From positions 110,546,001-110,610,000 of the forward strand of contig OZ024743.1 in the NCBI GenBank assembly GCA_964016885.1: a DNA stretch of 64,000 nucleotides, read 5' to 3'. The stretch is from Eledone cirrhosa (lineage: Eukaryota). Positions 26,776 through 41,658 of the stretch are shown piece after piece (the stretch's first letter is position 1; every line of letters starts with the position of its first letter). The position numbers were made by a program, and so were the translations under genes. The notes beneath the pieces were generated by a model. It was not told the origin of the DNA. It made no database searches and saw nothing but the letters and a program-made list of their open reading frames with translations.

Positions 26776-29700
26776 ATCTCTCTATATATATAACGGTAGA
26801 TGTCTGTCTGTGTGTGTGTATGATTTTTATGCATTTCCACATTTTGATGATTTTTTTTTCCAATGTGCTCCAAATTTACCAGGGCAGGTCAACGCGTAAT
26901 TATTTTTGCCAAAAGTTTCCTGCTTCTATGAAAGAAAATCGATAAAGCTAAATACATGATGTAACCCTCTCTCTTACACGCTTCATACCTCTCACTACTA
27001 CCATCAAAAATATATGAAACTACATACATGTCGCAACACTCTTTAACAGGTTCATCCTTTCCACTACTCAACTCTCAATCTTCTCTGCAACTCTCTTTAA
27101 AAAGGTTCATCACTCTCTCTACTCCTCCCTCAATCTCCTCTGCAACTCTCTTTAAAAGGTTACTGCCTCCGTCTACTACTCTATCACTATTAAAACTTAG
27201 AACAACGACACAATTCTTTTGAAGGGACGCGAGACAAACTTTGAAACCTAAGCAACACAACAACCATAGATTTACTCTCTCCGTCGCTCTTCCCTCTCTC
27301 TACAATAAATTATGCCCCCTCTCTATAATTTAACTGCTTTACTCTCTTCATGCTTCGAGGTTTAACACTAGCTTCATTCTATCCGTCGCTCTTCTTTCTA
27401 TATATAGTAGATCATGCCCCCTATTCGTTTGGGAACGCGAAAAAAACTTTGAGAAGACATCATTTCATACAACAACAAACAGTCATAACGACACTGATAC
27501 ATCAAATATCAACATTTTAAAAGCCGATAACATTAAATACATACTGCTCTCTCAACGTTACATTTTACACAGTTACATTTTACATAAAATAACAAATATT
27601 CAAAAGCAACAGATGAATGTATAAAACAACAAACTCTATGTCGCTCTTCGCTCCCTATATGACAACACTGCAGAGAGTGAAAGAATGTATATGATCAAAT
27701 GGACCGTTCCGTATATTTCCCCTCTCTATAATTTAACTGCTTTACTCTCTCTGTCGCTCTTCACTCCCTGTATGATAACACTGCAGAGAGAGAAAAATGT
27801 ATATGATCAAATGGAGCGTTCTGTATATTCCCCCTCTCTATAATTTAACTGATTTACTCACTCTGTCGCTCTTCACTCCTATATGACAACACTGCAGAGG
27901 AGCGTTCCGTAATGACATACGGCTTATCTGGGGTATTTTCAATCGGATTATTGCAAATAACAACCCGCTAAATAACACTGCATATAACAGTTTAATGCTA
28001 TAGACATATGAATCGGAATGTAACCCGTGAACTTTTTCCTGGGCAAAATTATTCGAACAGACATGACCTCATTGCCAGAGTGTTCAGACTGAAACTGTCT
28101 AAACTCATGGCTTTAATCATAAAGGTCAGGTATTTGGAGCTGTAAAATGTGAGATGTTCACCGTCGAATAGCAGGGGCGGTACATCGGTAGCAATGAAGC
28201 TTTTTGGCGCCTATTTGGTTTACCCCTACACAAACGTCACCCCGCCATCGTACAGCTTGCGGTACATTTGGAAAATGGGCAAAGTGTTTACTTTACGGAC
28301 CAAGCCGCCGCCAAGTTGGCCGCCGATCCGAAAGAGACACTCTTCAACTTTGCCAGTTCGATACATTTGCGCAAACAATTGTGTACTCCCAGGTTCCATC
28401 CTACTTTATATGGTCGAAAAACACTTGGGTGCCAAGAAATTCAGGTCAGGCTGCTGAAAGACATCCTGGTGTAAAATTTGACAGCTGTCAGCATGAGTGC
28501 TTTCATCTCCGCCTTCTTCTGCATGAAGTTGTAGACCCAAACATTTTTCAGGACATCAAAACTGTTGATGGAGAAATATGTGATACGTACCGGGAAGCCT
28601 GCTTTAGCCATGGTCTATTGAAGATGATTCGCAATGGGATTCCACTTTAGCAGAGGGCGCTTTGTTGAGATCACCTAAAGAACTAAGCGAACTCTTTGCT
28701 ATTTTGCTTCAAAAGTGTGAATTGAGTGATCCCGAACTTTATGGGTCAAGTACAGAGACTTCATGTCTCAGGACTTCCTGCGCCTGGCTCATCTGCAGTA
28801 TACTTCAGTGTAAGTTGGTTACAGCGACATTATCTTCAACACTCATTGATATCGATGACTCCCCCTCGACATGGATGGGAGTGAGTTGGCGACGTATGGC
28901 TTGCCGTCAACTGTCAGAGAGGAAGCTAACACCTTGGCCCCGGATTTGTTGCAGGAAACAGCATATGGCATCGAATCTCTTTCCCGATACTTATAGGAAA
29001 ATGAGCCCAAACTTCTGTCGGACCAAAGGTTGACCTATGTAAATATCATTGACGCGGTTCAAAATTAGACTGGGTTTTTTACTTTCTCGATGCTTCTGGG
29101 GGTACCGGAAAAAACTTATGTAACGTAATTGATTCTCGCTAAGATTCTTCAGGAGAAAAATATTGCGTTGGCCGTTGCATCGTCCGGGATCGCTGCTACT
29201 TTGCTGCTGGGAGGCAAGACAGCACATTCAAATTTTAAAATCGCCTTGGATTTAGTAAAAGCTGAGACACCAACATGCAATATCAGCAAGAGTTCACACG
29301 AAGCTCTGGTTCTCAAAAAATATTGCCTCATTGTTTGGGATGAGTGCACAATGGCACACAAGGGTGCCCTTGGTGCACTGGACATGACCCTGAAAGACAT
29401 TATGGATTCTACGGCTCCTATGGGTGCCGTAACCCTTCTGCTATCAGGGTATTTTCGGCAAACACTGCCTGTCATACCCAAAAGGACAAGAGCTGAGGAA
29501 GTGCCTGTCTTAAAGCGTCCATGTTTTGGCTCCAGGTAAAGAGTTTGTACTTGAGCACAAATATGCCTGCTTATTTGCAAGGTGACAACATGTCTGCAGC
29601 ATTTGCTCAGAATAGTTTAGCACTTGCTGAGGGAAAGGTCCTTGCGGATGACAAGGGCGGCATAGCAATCGACTCCCTGTGCAACATTGTGAGCAGCCCT

Positions 29701-30642
29701 TCTGACCTTTGGTCAGTTTTTCGTAATGTCTCATCTAACTTTATAAATATCGATTCGCTCAGCGAAAGAGCCATCCTTGCTCCGAAAAAATACCATGGTT
29801 AATTTTATTAACGAGCAGCTGATTGAGAAAATTCCCGGTAAAGAACACATCTTCAAATCTATCGACCGGACGTCAGAACCCGATGATATCGTTAATTATA
29901 AGGTTGAGTTATTAAATTCCTCGAGCCCCAGGGCTCCCACCTCACATTCTTAAGCTTAGGGTTGGCTGTCCCATTATGCTAATAAGGAACTTGCGTCCAC
30001 CAAAGCAGTGCAGCGGTACTCGCATGGTCGTCAAGTCACTGACGCCCAACTTGATTGAGGCCACCATTGTAACGTGGTGCGGGAGAGGGGTGAGTGTTTT
30101 CATTCCAAGGATGAACCTTTTCCCCTTGGCGTCAGATATCCCGTTCGATTTCCGGCGATCCCTATTTCCGGTGAGATCATGTTTTGCCATGTCCATTAAC
30201 AAGTCACAAGGGCAAACATTGTCGGTGGCGGGCTTCCATTTGGGGGAGCCATGCTTCTCCCATGGAAAAAAAAATTATGTTGCCTGTTCCAGCGTAGGCT
30301 CCCATGAGATGACACGCAATATCGTCTACAAAGAGGTGCTATAGATGTTGATGCAGGTGTTGGAGCTATGCCGTCTGGAAAACTGGTAGGGTCACCCATG
30401 GCGGACAGATGTGACACCCAGCGGCATGAGAGCCACCATCTATCAAATTTGGTCTACTAAATTCGCTATTGGAAGATTATTAACCCATCATTGATTGTCC
30501 AAAATGCTAATTGGTTCGTAACTATTAATAACCGGTTCAACTGCTTTATGCACTTAATTGATAAGCTTATGCCCCTTTCAAGCTACGTTTGTCTGTTTGT
30601 AACTTTTCATAGCAAATGAACACGCCGGGCTAAACTGCTTGT
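26776..30642 (+). mobile_element. Helitron, internally deleted and decayed
   Basis: 5' tctctctatatatataacggtagatgtctgtctg, ~113-bp internal tandem repeats at ~27634-27900, RepHel remnants, 3' end gccgggctaaactgCTTG|t (CTRR-like). Confidence 0.88.
28000..30344 (+). pseudogene. Helitron Rep-PIF1 helicase (RepHel) pseudogene
   Basis: RHDLIARVFRLK, GRYIGSNEA, LAVHLENGQ, LRLLLH, TYREAC, GGTGK, VASSGIAATLL, GKTAHS, LIVWDECTM, FRQTLPV, RAILAP, MLIRNL, FAMSINKSQGQTL, PCFSHG. Many frameshifts. Confidence 0.93.
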
Positions 30643-30643
30643 G

Positions 30644-30676
<33 letters not shown>

Positions 30677-31024
30677 GATCATGTTGCTCTCGAATGTTAC
30701 TGGTAACATGTAACCAACACCTCAAGCTTGCTTAGTGAGGAGGATAACATTTGGACACCCTTTGGGATGAAATACAAAACCCGGCCAAGGGAGGAGGAAC
30801 TAAGCAGAATCAACGGCCATCCAAATAGTATATTTTTTTATGTGGAGAGGTTAAACTCTGGCATAAAAATAGAGGGCTGTTGTTGGACTTTTCGTAGCAA
30901 ACATTTGCACCGAAGATATGTGTCGTCAGTTCCAAAAGTGTGCTTGATCTTACACAAGCTTTCACCAATTAAAACAAAACTGTGTGTGGGTAGTTCGACA
31001 TCAGTTCACTTTCTCACGTTGTCC

Positions 31025-31102
<78 letters not shown>

Positions 31103-31104
<2 letters not shown>

Positions 31105-31536
31105 CGGCGATGAATTAGTTTTGCGAGGTTTTTTATATGAGATGTGTGTCGAAACAAATATTGTTATACTTGGGGAGGGTCATATTTGTGTAATATTGCC
31201 AGAATTAATAACAGAACACACTCACTGTTTGGTTGGTTTTCGCTTTTCGCTTCTGTGTCTTTTATATCGGTAATCTAATTTATTCGGTCCTCAATGTTGC
31301 CATTGACTGACCGACGGTCAAAAATAATACAGATACAATATAGAATAATACAGATACAATATACTCTATATTGTATCTGTATTATTTTTGACCGTCGGTC
31401 AGTCAATGGCAACATTGAGGACCGAATAAATTAGATTACCGAATATAAAAGACACAGAAGCGAAAAGCGAAAACCAACCAAACAGTGAGTGTGTTCTGTT
31501 ATTAATCCTGGCAATATTACACAAATATGACCCTCC

Positions 31537-31539
<3 letters not shown>
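31103..31539 (-). mobile_element. Family E fold-back element in (TA)n
   Basis: Tail 31103-31170 and near-perfect ~170-bp arms 31171-31343 and 31366-31539, with a 20-bp duplication at the centre. Decayed relative at ~34030-34140. Confidence 0.8.
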
Positions 31540-31583
<44 letters not shown>

Positions 31584-34289
31584 TATGTCATTTATTTTGT
31601 CTGACTTGTTTAGCTTGACTTGTATTTTGGCTTAGGTGGTTAATGGGTTCTTCACCGCCTTCTCAGTTTGTATGGTCTTTATAATCTATGTTTATTGCTC
31701 TGGTCTTTTTAGCCCATGGAGCATTGCCAGCATGACTCGGAATTTGCGTTACGTTTCGCTTTTTCTACCCACCGAAATGCGATTCTTGCTGATTTTATAT
31801 TTGTATATATATATATATATATATATGTAGGGGGGGGTGTAATCCCAAAATGTTTCCTATATTTCTGATAATTTTGACATTGATAACTTAAAAATGTCTA
31901 ATACCATTTTGTTAACGAATCACTCACAATGTTAGCATGCAATGATCCTGAATCAGATGCGGCATGGTATCGAAGCATACATGTAGCACACGCCCGTGCT
32001 ATGTTTAATACTTGAACATGTGAGGATTCGATGTGCTGTTAACGACTTCTACTTAAAAAGCGTGATTCGCATTCTACTTCGTGAAATGAAGAATAGATGT
32101 TCAACTTGGACGAAAGAAATCATGATGAAAAAAATTGTTCTATGTCACAGCAACCTTTCCTTTTTTGAAATGTCATGGTTGCAATAGTTTCATACTTTAT
32201 ATTTCATGGATTGATAATAAATAAAATGAAATAAAACAATTGGATGGACTGCACTTGTTCGGTATTTTGAAATTGATCCAATATAAATGTGTCACGTCAA
32301 CATACTCTATTTTGTTCTCTTTCTTTCTACATTCCTTTCCTTGAAATATTCAACTTTCCCTAACAGCCCCACACCTACGTGTGCGTCTCTCTCAATCTGA
32401 AGGGAAATCAACGGAACGGACTGTATTACGTTGTCTGCAGTCGCAGCTGAGTCCGTTTTGCTATGTTACAACGAACAACAGCACATGAAAATATACTGTA
32501 TTTTTTTTCCCGTTTAATAATTTTGCTTTATATATATTTTCTTTCTCTCTTCTTATTTTATATTTTATATTTTATATTTTTTTCTCTCTTCTTATTTTAT
32601 ATTTTATATTTTCTATTGACACATTTGTTCATTGATTTATTTACTTATTTATTTATTTCCTTTATTTCACATGAAACGCTGGCATTAGGTCTAACACATC
32701 TTTCTCATATGACATTAAATCTTTTGTATTTTTTACTTGTGATTATTCATGTAGTTTCTTTGCTGTTACTATATGACAGCAATGAAGTGTGGTTTGATCT
32801 CAGTCCACCTCGTCTTCTATTGAGAGAACCAGCTGTTTGTCATACGCAACGTGACTGTAATCACAAATTAACTCACATTATTTTTTTCTCATTTGGAAGC
32901 CATGCCGAACAAATCGATGTGCACTAACTTTTCCCCAGCTATATATATATATATAAAGAGAGAGAAAGATAGGGGGAGGGAGAGAGACCGAGAGAGCGAG
33001 AGGGAGAGAGAGAGAGCGTGAGGTGGATAGATTTATTCATACAGACGCACAATCATAGATACACACAAACATTCACCTACACCCACACATACACACATGC
33101 ATACGCTTATGCACACCATTATACATATATATCACATAGCCATACACAGTCATATGTTCATAATTACATTTCTGGAATGTCGCATTGCAAAAGTTTTCAA
33201 AAATGCAAGAAATATTATATAAGCCTGTGGTCCGTGTAATACATAACATCTCATTTCATTACTATGCTTGATATCTGATACAAATAAGTAAGAGTTAAAA
33301 ATGTCATTGTATTTCTGTATGACATATTTATTATCCACTGTTGTCTATTTTTAGCACGAACTGTTTCCCGTATGTATTGACATACAGAATATTTTATTTG
33401 CTAACATAGATCATAGAAAACTGAAAGCTAGATCACAATTACTATAAGCTTTGAATTTCATGACGATGTTCATATCATGCATGAAGTTACATTGTAACGG
33501 GTTTTAATTATGTAATATCACTGGCAATATATAATAGGTGAAACGGTTTCATCGATAGCTGGTTGAATGACCATGTTCTATATTGTTATGTTAATGATAT
33601 TGCTGGTGGTTGTATGACGAGGATGGCTGTAAGTTATTTTTACTGTTTGGTTGCATACTAGAGGTGGTTTTTCCAGTTGCGATCCAACTAATGATGTAGC
33701 TGATCTCACACTGGGTTTTTTTTTGGGGGGGGGTCTTTATCATGTTCATTGTGGTTATCATCGTGGATGTCGTTAAGGTGGAGGAAGTAATTACATTGGT
33801 GGTGATTATTGTGGGGTTTTGTTATCGAACCATATCCGATTAAAAATGCATTTCTGACATGCCATTCTTTGTGTCTGAATATTTAATTTATCTTAGCAAT
33901 TGGTAGATAAAGATCAACTGATTTTTTAAACAACGAATGCAATATATCAATTAACCAACATTTACTGCCCTCTTGTAGTCTTTTAATAAAACTATAGAAT
34001 GTTATCTCTCAGATTCAATAGTATATATATATATTGTTTTGTAATTTCTTATCTTAAAATCTGTGTTGAAACTGATATTGTTATAATTTGGGAGGGTGAT
34101 ACTGCCAATAAAAACACATGCATGTGTTGGTTTTCCCTTAAATCTATTACGAACTTCCAGTCGTTTGTTTTAATAATCAGATGGCTGTTTATTTATTGTC
34201 AAATCATTACATATTCTGTGACATCCTCAGTGACTAATTTGTTATTTTTTACTTTCTTTCATTTTATCTTACAGTGTATCCTGCCAGAA

Positions 34290-34620
34290 GGAAATGTCTC
34301 ATGTTGATCCCACTGGAACCCCATGCAAGTTCATCTACGCTCAAATAAGTCATCACACCATCTTGATTAGGGTCTATCATTGGGTTCCCTGGTGGCTGAT
34401 TTCCATCGCAAGATCTGTCCAGCGATACTTGATTGAGATATGTTAATCCCATGAACGTTTTATCGGAGCTGTGATCACCAATTCGGAAAAGTTGTACCTT
34501 TCTTGGGGCGATTCTCTGATATGCGAGCTACACATTCTCTCGAGCAACGTCATTCCAAGTGGCATTCGGAGGGATCCCATTTCGATCGCTTGTATTCGCG
34601 AGCGTATTCTTTCGGCCATT
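34290..34620 (-). mobile_element. RTE (Expander/Rex3-like) LINE 3' fragment
   Basis: Minus translation AERIRSRIQAIEMGSLRMPLGMTLLERMCSSHIRE...LAWG resembles the ERIRSRIQAAEMSFLRR..G..LRDRVRSS.IRE motif. Confidence 0.7.
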
Positions 34621-35213
34621 ACACATATTTCCTGATCCTAGGTTAGTATTGGGATGAATATCGAATTAAACATAACGAATTTAGGCTTCACACCTACCCG
34701 CTTCTTTTGATTACCGAATGTTGAAACTGATGCATTATTGCAACAGCTGCTGCAATTATTCCACTTAACTCCACCCCCTGACTTACATCACTCATAAACA
34801 TGACCAACTGAAATGATCCACCTACTTCAGTGAAACTCCATTTAAATGTAGAATGCACTGCACAGGCTTCCTTGAGAGGTTGCGTGTCTTAGGTTTCGCT
34901 GCACTGAATTTCATTCAAGCCGTGTAGCACTCGGCTTTAAGCCTAACAAGTGATTTATCTTCTATAAATTTAAACGGCCAAGAAGTACTTATCTGTAACC
35001 CCTTATGTGTCACTACCCAACCCCGTATCTGTTATTAAAGATAACTCCGAAGCTGGGAAAATACGTCGGTGCCACCCCCACTTCACCTATCCGCTTTCGG
35101 AAAAGAAATAGATTGCAAGGCTGTTTGGGATCGGATTAGTTTAAAAACACGAAAAAACCTGCGTAAAAGTACTTGTTCACGATCCCCATATATTTTTCAA
35201 TGGGTGTGTGAGC

Positions 35214-35260
<47 letters not shown>

Positions 35261-35314
35261 TGTGTGTGTGTGTGTATGGGCCTCTCTTCCCCCTCTGTCT
35301 CACTTATGTTCTCT

Positions 35315-35414
<100 letters not shown>

Positions 35415-35554
35415 GTAATCTGAGTTTTTAGAGTATTAATAATAATATTCGATTCGTTTGCAATTATGCAAACAAGCCTTATTTTTAAAGCCATGTCAGT
35501 AGAATGATACCCCTCATTCTTGCTCTTGTGTTGGCATATAAACAGAACTGAGAA

Positions 35555-35587
<33 letters not shown>

Positions 35588-35594
35588 GAGATAA

Positions 35595-35629
<35 letters not shown>

Positions 35630-36129
35630 GAGAGAGAGAGAGAGGTGTGTAAGTAAGATGACAGGCTACCGAAAACAAACAAAATAAATGAATAAAAGAT
35701 TTATTTAGTTAGAGAAAGGGGTGTGTGTTGTAGTATTTCCCTCTCTATATTTTGATAGCTGGCGGACAAAGAGACAGTGCCTGTGTGCAGCCTATTCTTC
35801 ACCATTTGCCCCTGCCTATTCCAAAAATTCGAAAAATAAGGTGACAAGTAGATTGATGGAGATGAGATTAATTGAAAACATAAAAAAACCTTCATTATTA
35901 CCACTTTTCTTTAGTAATGTTAACGATGAACTTACAAACAAAGTTGTTTTTATAAGGGTGTCCACAGAGTGTAAGTGATTCAGTGAGTTACTATGGTGAG
36001 TCTAAACTGAGCACAGGCAAGTGTATCTATTAAGTAAAATCTAAAGCCAATACTCTGTAAAAAAAAAAAGCCTAAAAGGTCGGTAAAAAATAGAAAACTA
36101 AATAAATGCAAAAAAAATTCATCGATTTA

Positions 36130-36161
<32 letters not shown>

Positions 36162-36165
<4 letters not shown>

Positions 36166-36287
36166 GATCATAATAAATTTGAAGACTAAAATCCAAAGAG
36201 GGCTCGATAAGGATAAATATATATCAAATATATATGAACCGTAGAGCAAATATTTATTAAAATAACAGCTGTTATTTTAATAAATAT
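36162..36287 (-). mobile_element. Family B tail with short perfect palindrome
   Basis: Reverse-complement tail followed by atttattaaaataacagctgttattttaataaat. Confidence 0.75.
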
Positions 36288-36350
36288 AAATATATATGTG
36301 TATGTGTGTATGTATGTATGTGTGTATGTGTGTGTCTGTGTCTACATGCA

Positions 36351-36425
<75 letters not shown>

Positions 36426-38506
36426 TAGAGGAAGACGGACGGTAACGCATATCCAGTATCAGATAATTCCATTACATCCTTCAGTTATACACATGTCGAA
36501 GGTACCAAAGTGTGGTTATTCACACACGTATTTAGCCTCACTCGCACGCCTTAGCTCAAATACACCTGATCATCCTTCGGTACAACACTTTACAAAGGAT
36601 ACACTGATCCGTAGACCAACATACACTAATTTGGGTGTTAGCGGTATACGACATCAACCACCACTGGGAGATAAGCGATAATAACTTTAAATAGGTTAAT
36701 CATCAGTTTTATGTCAGAAAATTCTCCATACTTTAAATAGTTTGACCATATTTAGTGAACTGTCCTATTACACCAAGCAATGCTATCACCAATGTAATTC
36801 TTTCTGAACCATGCCCACTGACCTGTCAACATGGCTTCAGCAGCAGGCATAAAAGTAACAAAAAAAATATGTTTGTTTACATTTGAAATTCCTCTCTAGA
36901 GAAAACATATTGAATAATTATTGTATAAGGAGATTTTGTTACCTTCGAAATGTGCCTAACATGATTATGCAATGGAATAAAATAACGTTGAACATATGTT
37001 GCCGTCTTCTTTGTTTTTTCCTTTTCTTAACATTGATACTCCGTCTCATGCACTGCACTTAACACCATGTACATCCATGTCATCGTGTGTTTCTGGCCAT
37101 TTACACACTTTATTTCTATTGATTGCTTCAACCAACACTGACTATCAATATCTATCAATATATATATATATATATATGGACTTCAAAATTAAGTTGCTTC
37201 GGTTATATTGTGACATGATTAGTGAATTATAAGTGGTATATATAAAAGACATAAATCTTGGAAAATGTATCTGTTTTGTCCCATGACTCGCGTGTTACAT
37301 TTTACTTTTATACATAGAAAAGTACAACAACAATTTCTCTTTGTTTTCATTTATTTTAGTTGTGTTAATATTAGTAGTATCAATACATTTGCGTTCATAT
37401 CGAAATACAAAATTGATTCATGAAATGTGCCTTCATTTTTGAATATTTAAAGCACCTCAGCAAGTGTTGGTTGAATGAATAGCTTAGTAAGCAATCTGTT
37501 TACCGTTTAGATACTTGACTAAAATTTATCCGCGTATGATTGCAATATTTAATAGTAATCCTGTTTCGGAGAACATCGAATTTGTTTCAGAGTTTTGCCA
37601 CACATGTTTGTGACCATTCTATTTACTCAAATCAATGTTATTAGGAAACGCAATGAAATAATGGATTTTTCCTGAAATAGCTCGCTGAAAATAGAAGAAT
37701 ATCAACTGACATATACTGAGGAAAATTAGATATACAATAGCTTATTTGTTTTGGTGTTAAACATGAAAAATAAAAACATTTTTTTTTAAATAAAAATATT
37801 TTATTTATATATAAAAGAATTAAATACTTTTCAAAGGAAAAAACAATGTAGTGGCAACTGAGATTCTTGCCTAGTATTGATGTATCCATAATTATTTTCA
37901 TGATGGCTAACGTTGGAAAACTTTAAGTGGAAGTATGTGTGCTTCCTACGGCATTATTAGATCGGATTTACATAATTGTTCGTTCTGATCAGTAATCGTG
38001 CGATGGAACAAAACAAAAAGATTAAGACCATACCTATTAAATCATTATTTATATACTAACTATGGTTAGTGGCAAACATTTAAGTCTTGATATTTAACCG
38101 TACTAAAGTCTGCTGGTATTGCAGAATTGTTACATCGTAGAAATGCTTTGCAAGAGTTTAGTCAAAGGATTTTACGTTTGAGTTAATATCCTGGTGAGTT
38201 CAACTTTGCGTATGATTTTGTCTCGCTCTACAAAATAATGTGCTAGTTAAGTATTCGTGTCAATATAATCGACATTTCAAGCACCAACATTTTTGGCTGT
38301 GTGCCTAAAATGAATATCAATACATCTAACACTACAGTGATTCCCATATTTTGTTCATTAGGCATTGACCAAAGGTGCCTTACTCGTAATATTAATACTG
38401 TATGCACACTGTTAAATATGTACATTATATATTTAATTTCTATATTAAAACTTGTGGGTCAAACCCCGTAGTTACTCGCAGTGCGTAGTTAGGAATTTCT
38501 CACTAA

Positions 38507-38572
<66 letters not shown>

Positions 38573-38597
38573 TCTCCATATATATAAATATATATAT

Positions 38598-39043
38598 GTA
38601 AAAGTTCTATTTAAATTGTTGGGATACAACAAGCAAATATTTTCATAACTGATATAAAGCACTCAACACATATTTGGAGTAAAAATACGATATTAACAAA
38701 TGGGAACTATATTTATAAAACCATATTTATTTCATTATACATATTTCAAGGACACCAAGTTAAATGGTGTGCTTTCATCAGATAGAATATAATATAGATC
38801 AGTTTTATAAATAAATATTGACATACCCTTAAATAATGCAACCATTACTGTTGGAAGCTGCCGGATCCGGGGCTTCCAACAGTAATGGTTGCATTCTTTA
38901 AGGGTATGTCAATATTTATTTATAAAACTGATCTATATTATATTTTATCTCATAAAAGCACATCATAATTTAACTTGGTGTCCTTGAAATATGTATAATG
39001 AAATAAATATGGTTTTATAAATATAGTTTCCATTTGTTAATAT
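38598..39043 (-). mobile_element. Family I fold-back element
   Basis: Tail 38598-38689 and ~175-bp arms folding at ccggatccgg (38861-38870). Confidence 0.85.
38729..38788 (-). ncRNA. Type-I hammerhead ribozyme
   Basis: Minus attctat-CTGATGA-aagcacacca(tttaact)tggtgtcctt-GAA-ATATGTAT-A|atgaaat. Confidence 0.75.
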
Positions 39044-39044
39044 A

Positions 39045-39100
<56 letters not shown>

Positions 39101-39295
39101 AGGAAAAGAGTGAGGGCCCCGACGACTGAGTTCCGCCCGTGTCGACAGCTAGATCCGATTTTCGGATCTAGTCGAAACGGCCGAAGCTCAGCCGTCGGGT
39201 TCCTCACTCTTTTCCCATTACACACTTTACTACCCTAAGTATCGAGTACTCTGCTGCGTTATGGTCCACCTGGTATCTTACCGCACCTTCTTTGC
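39101..39295 (+). mobile_element. Family A mini fold-back (divergent subfamily)
   Basis: Arms fold at tagatccga-ttt-tcggatcta, followed by the family tail. Confidence 0.8.
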
Positions 39296-39499
39296 TATAT
39301 ATATAAATATGCATTACCCCTTCGACTTCATCCCAATGCTGTTCACTATTTCCAAAGTATTATTCGTAATAACATCGTCAACATCTTCATTGTGTAGTAA
39401 CTTTTGCCGTGCATCGAAAAATATTCATTGTAATTTAACTATAACTTAGTGTTTTTTTATGGTGACAAATACCTAAACATGTTTGCACATAGTATATTA

Positions 39500-41610
39500 T
39501 CTCAAATAAATATAACCGAATATATATAGATACAACCACACACTCCGTAGCCCAGCACATAGCCGGAATAAATAGGAATAGGCTCACTGCCTCTAATACC
39601 ACTGTAAACCCCGGAGCCATCCAACGGAACCAGCACGCGGGACGCACCATATACCGGACAGGCGCAACTAGCACACCGGAACCCAACGACCCTGTGCTGA
39701 TTGCGGTGGCTACCCAGCCAACCCCGAGTGATGGCAACCACGCGGTGGATGTGATGGGGCTTAAGAAGTCATGCAATTGCAGAGACCCATCACTATGGCC
39801 CCTTAGTAATGAATGCATGACGAAAAACGTATCTACAAGTGCAAGGTCACAACCCCAAACTCGAAGCAGGACTACATAGGATCCACAGCGACGAGCATCA
39901 AAGATAGATGGTATAGCCATCGCCATTCGTTTAACAGAATAGAAAAGAGGAAATGTACGGCTCTTTCTGAATTAATCTGGAAGCTCAAACTTGAAAAGAC
40001 CCCGCACCCTCTGGTCTGGTCCCTGGTTAGAAAGGTTCCCCCAGACAGAGGCGGGTTATATTTGCAACCTATGTCTTAGTGAGGCACTCGAGGTGCTTCA
40101 TGGCGGAACCAAGCTATTAAAGAGAAGGGCTGACTTATTCGGCGCCTGCAGACACCTAAGGACGGGAAATGTCCTCAAGCTATATGTATAAACCCCGGTT
40201 AAGGCCTCCCACAACGACCCCCCCCCACCCCTTGTAGGTCCACTACACCCCGTACCAATGACCAATGGACAACAACAACCACCCATAGTTTGTTGTTCAT
40301 ATGGTGCATAGTCCACCGGATTCTCTACTGGTTAGGAGTCAACAAAACCACTTTTATTGAACCAGAGGACCCCCCGAGAGTGGCCCACACAAGAAAAAAA
40401 ATTATCCCAAGGTACTAACTCTATACGAATGAATGAGTTCCCGCAACTATGCATTGTATGTGTATACTGGGACTGCGTGAATGTATACACTCATGTGAAC
40501 CCAACGAAATACTAATACCCCACGTTGAATTTGAAAAATGTTCGAGTGTATGCTTAAGAGTATATTTGTATATGCTCTCTTGTATGAGTGCACATGTGTA
40601 TATAGACATACACGCGCATCCAGAAGTATAAAAGTATGGGTGGGTATATATATCTGCACTAAGGGATTTGACTAAGCCCCAAAGCCCCAAAGCTATTGCT
40701 GTGAAGATATATATCACACTCTACTTTTGTCTAGTCTAAAAATTAACTTTTCCAAACACGCACTTTACTTTTCTTTAAAAATAACACCCACCTAGTTTAA
40801 TGTCTGCCTTATACTTGGATTTGGGGGCCTCTGTTGTGTATATATATGCACTTGTGCGTACATATATATATACACACACACCTTATGGATTTTTGCGTGT
40901 AGATGTGTGTGTCTGAGGGGGTTGGTGTGAGTGTATGTAAAAGTCAACCAACATAAGTATTTTTTTCTAAAAGTTTTAAACTTTCTAAGCATTTGACTCT
41001 AACCATTATTTTCAGTATTACCACCCCACATTAATTCCTCAATGTGTATGCGTAGATGTGTGTGTCTGTGGAGGTGGGTGTGAGTGTATGTGCAAGTCAA
41101 CCCACATAAGTCATTTTTATTTGTAAATTTTCTAGTATTCTACTCTAACCATAATTTTCAGTAGTACCACTCCACATAAATTCCTCAATTTAACAATGGC
41201 CTGTAGTATCTATTTCATACTATTAACCTCAATTGAATATATATCTGGCCAGGAATGATTTTTGTGAAAATCAGTCATATGGAAGTATTGTCATGTTGCC
41301 TGATGGTTTGAACTTTACAACACCACCTGCCTCTTTGAGGTCAAATACCAACCCAACTAGCATCCACAAACTGACCAATGAGAATTAAGACTATTCCTGC
41401 TGACAACATTAAGACTATTCCTGCTGACATATGAGCTAACAAGCTCATATGTCCCAAGGCTCTGACACCATCACTACTATAAACACAGAGCTGGCATATC
41501 TAAGAACTGACTAACTGCCTGATGAGGTCATAGCCATTCAATGGCTATCATCGAAATATATATTGCAGTAAATAAAGGATTATGAGTTCATGCAGTTGAC
41601 TTATGTTTGG

Positions 41611-41615
<5 letters not shown>
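39500..41615 (+). mobile_element. 5'-truncated Naiad-type PLE (GIY-YIG endonuclease, 3' UTR, HHR)
   Basis: 39760-40191: KSCNCRD..WPLSNECM, IYKCKV, YIGSTATSIKDRWYSHRHSF, TALSELIW, CNLCLSE, CRH. HHR at 41514-41569, then (TA)n. 5' boundary uncertain. Confidence 0.85.
41514..41569 (+). ncRNA. Type-I hammerhead ribozyme, canonical core (family H)
   Basis: actgc-CTGATGA-ggtc-atagccatt-c-aatggctat-catc-GAA-ATATATAT-T|gcagt. Confidence 0.85.

Positions 41616-41658
<43 letters not shown>

Noticed and set aside
31830-32940. Possible Tc1/mariner-type non-autonomous element between TA tracts
   Set aside because: The ends do not form matching TIRs and there is no transposase remnant.
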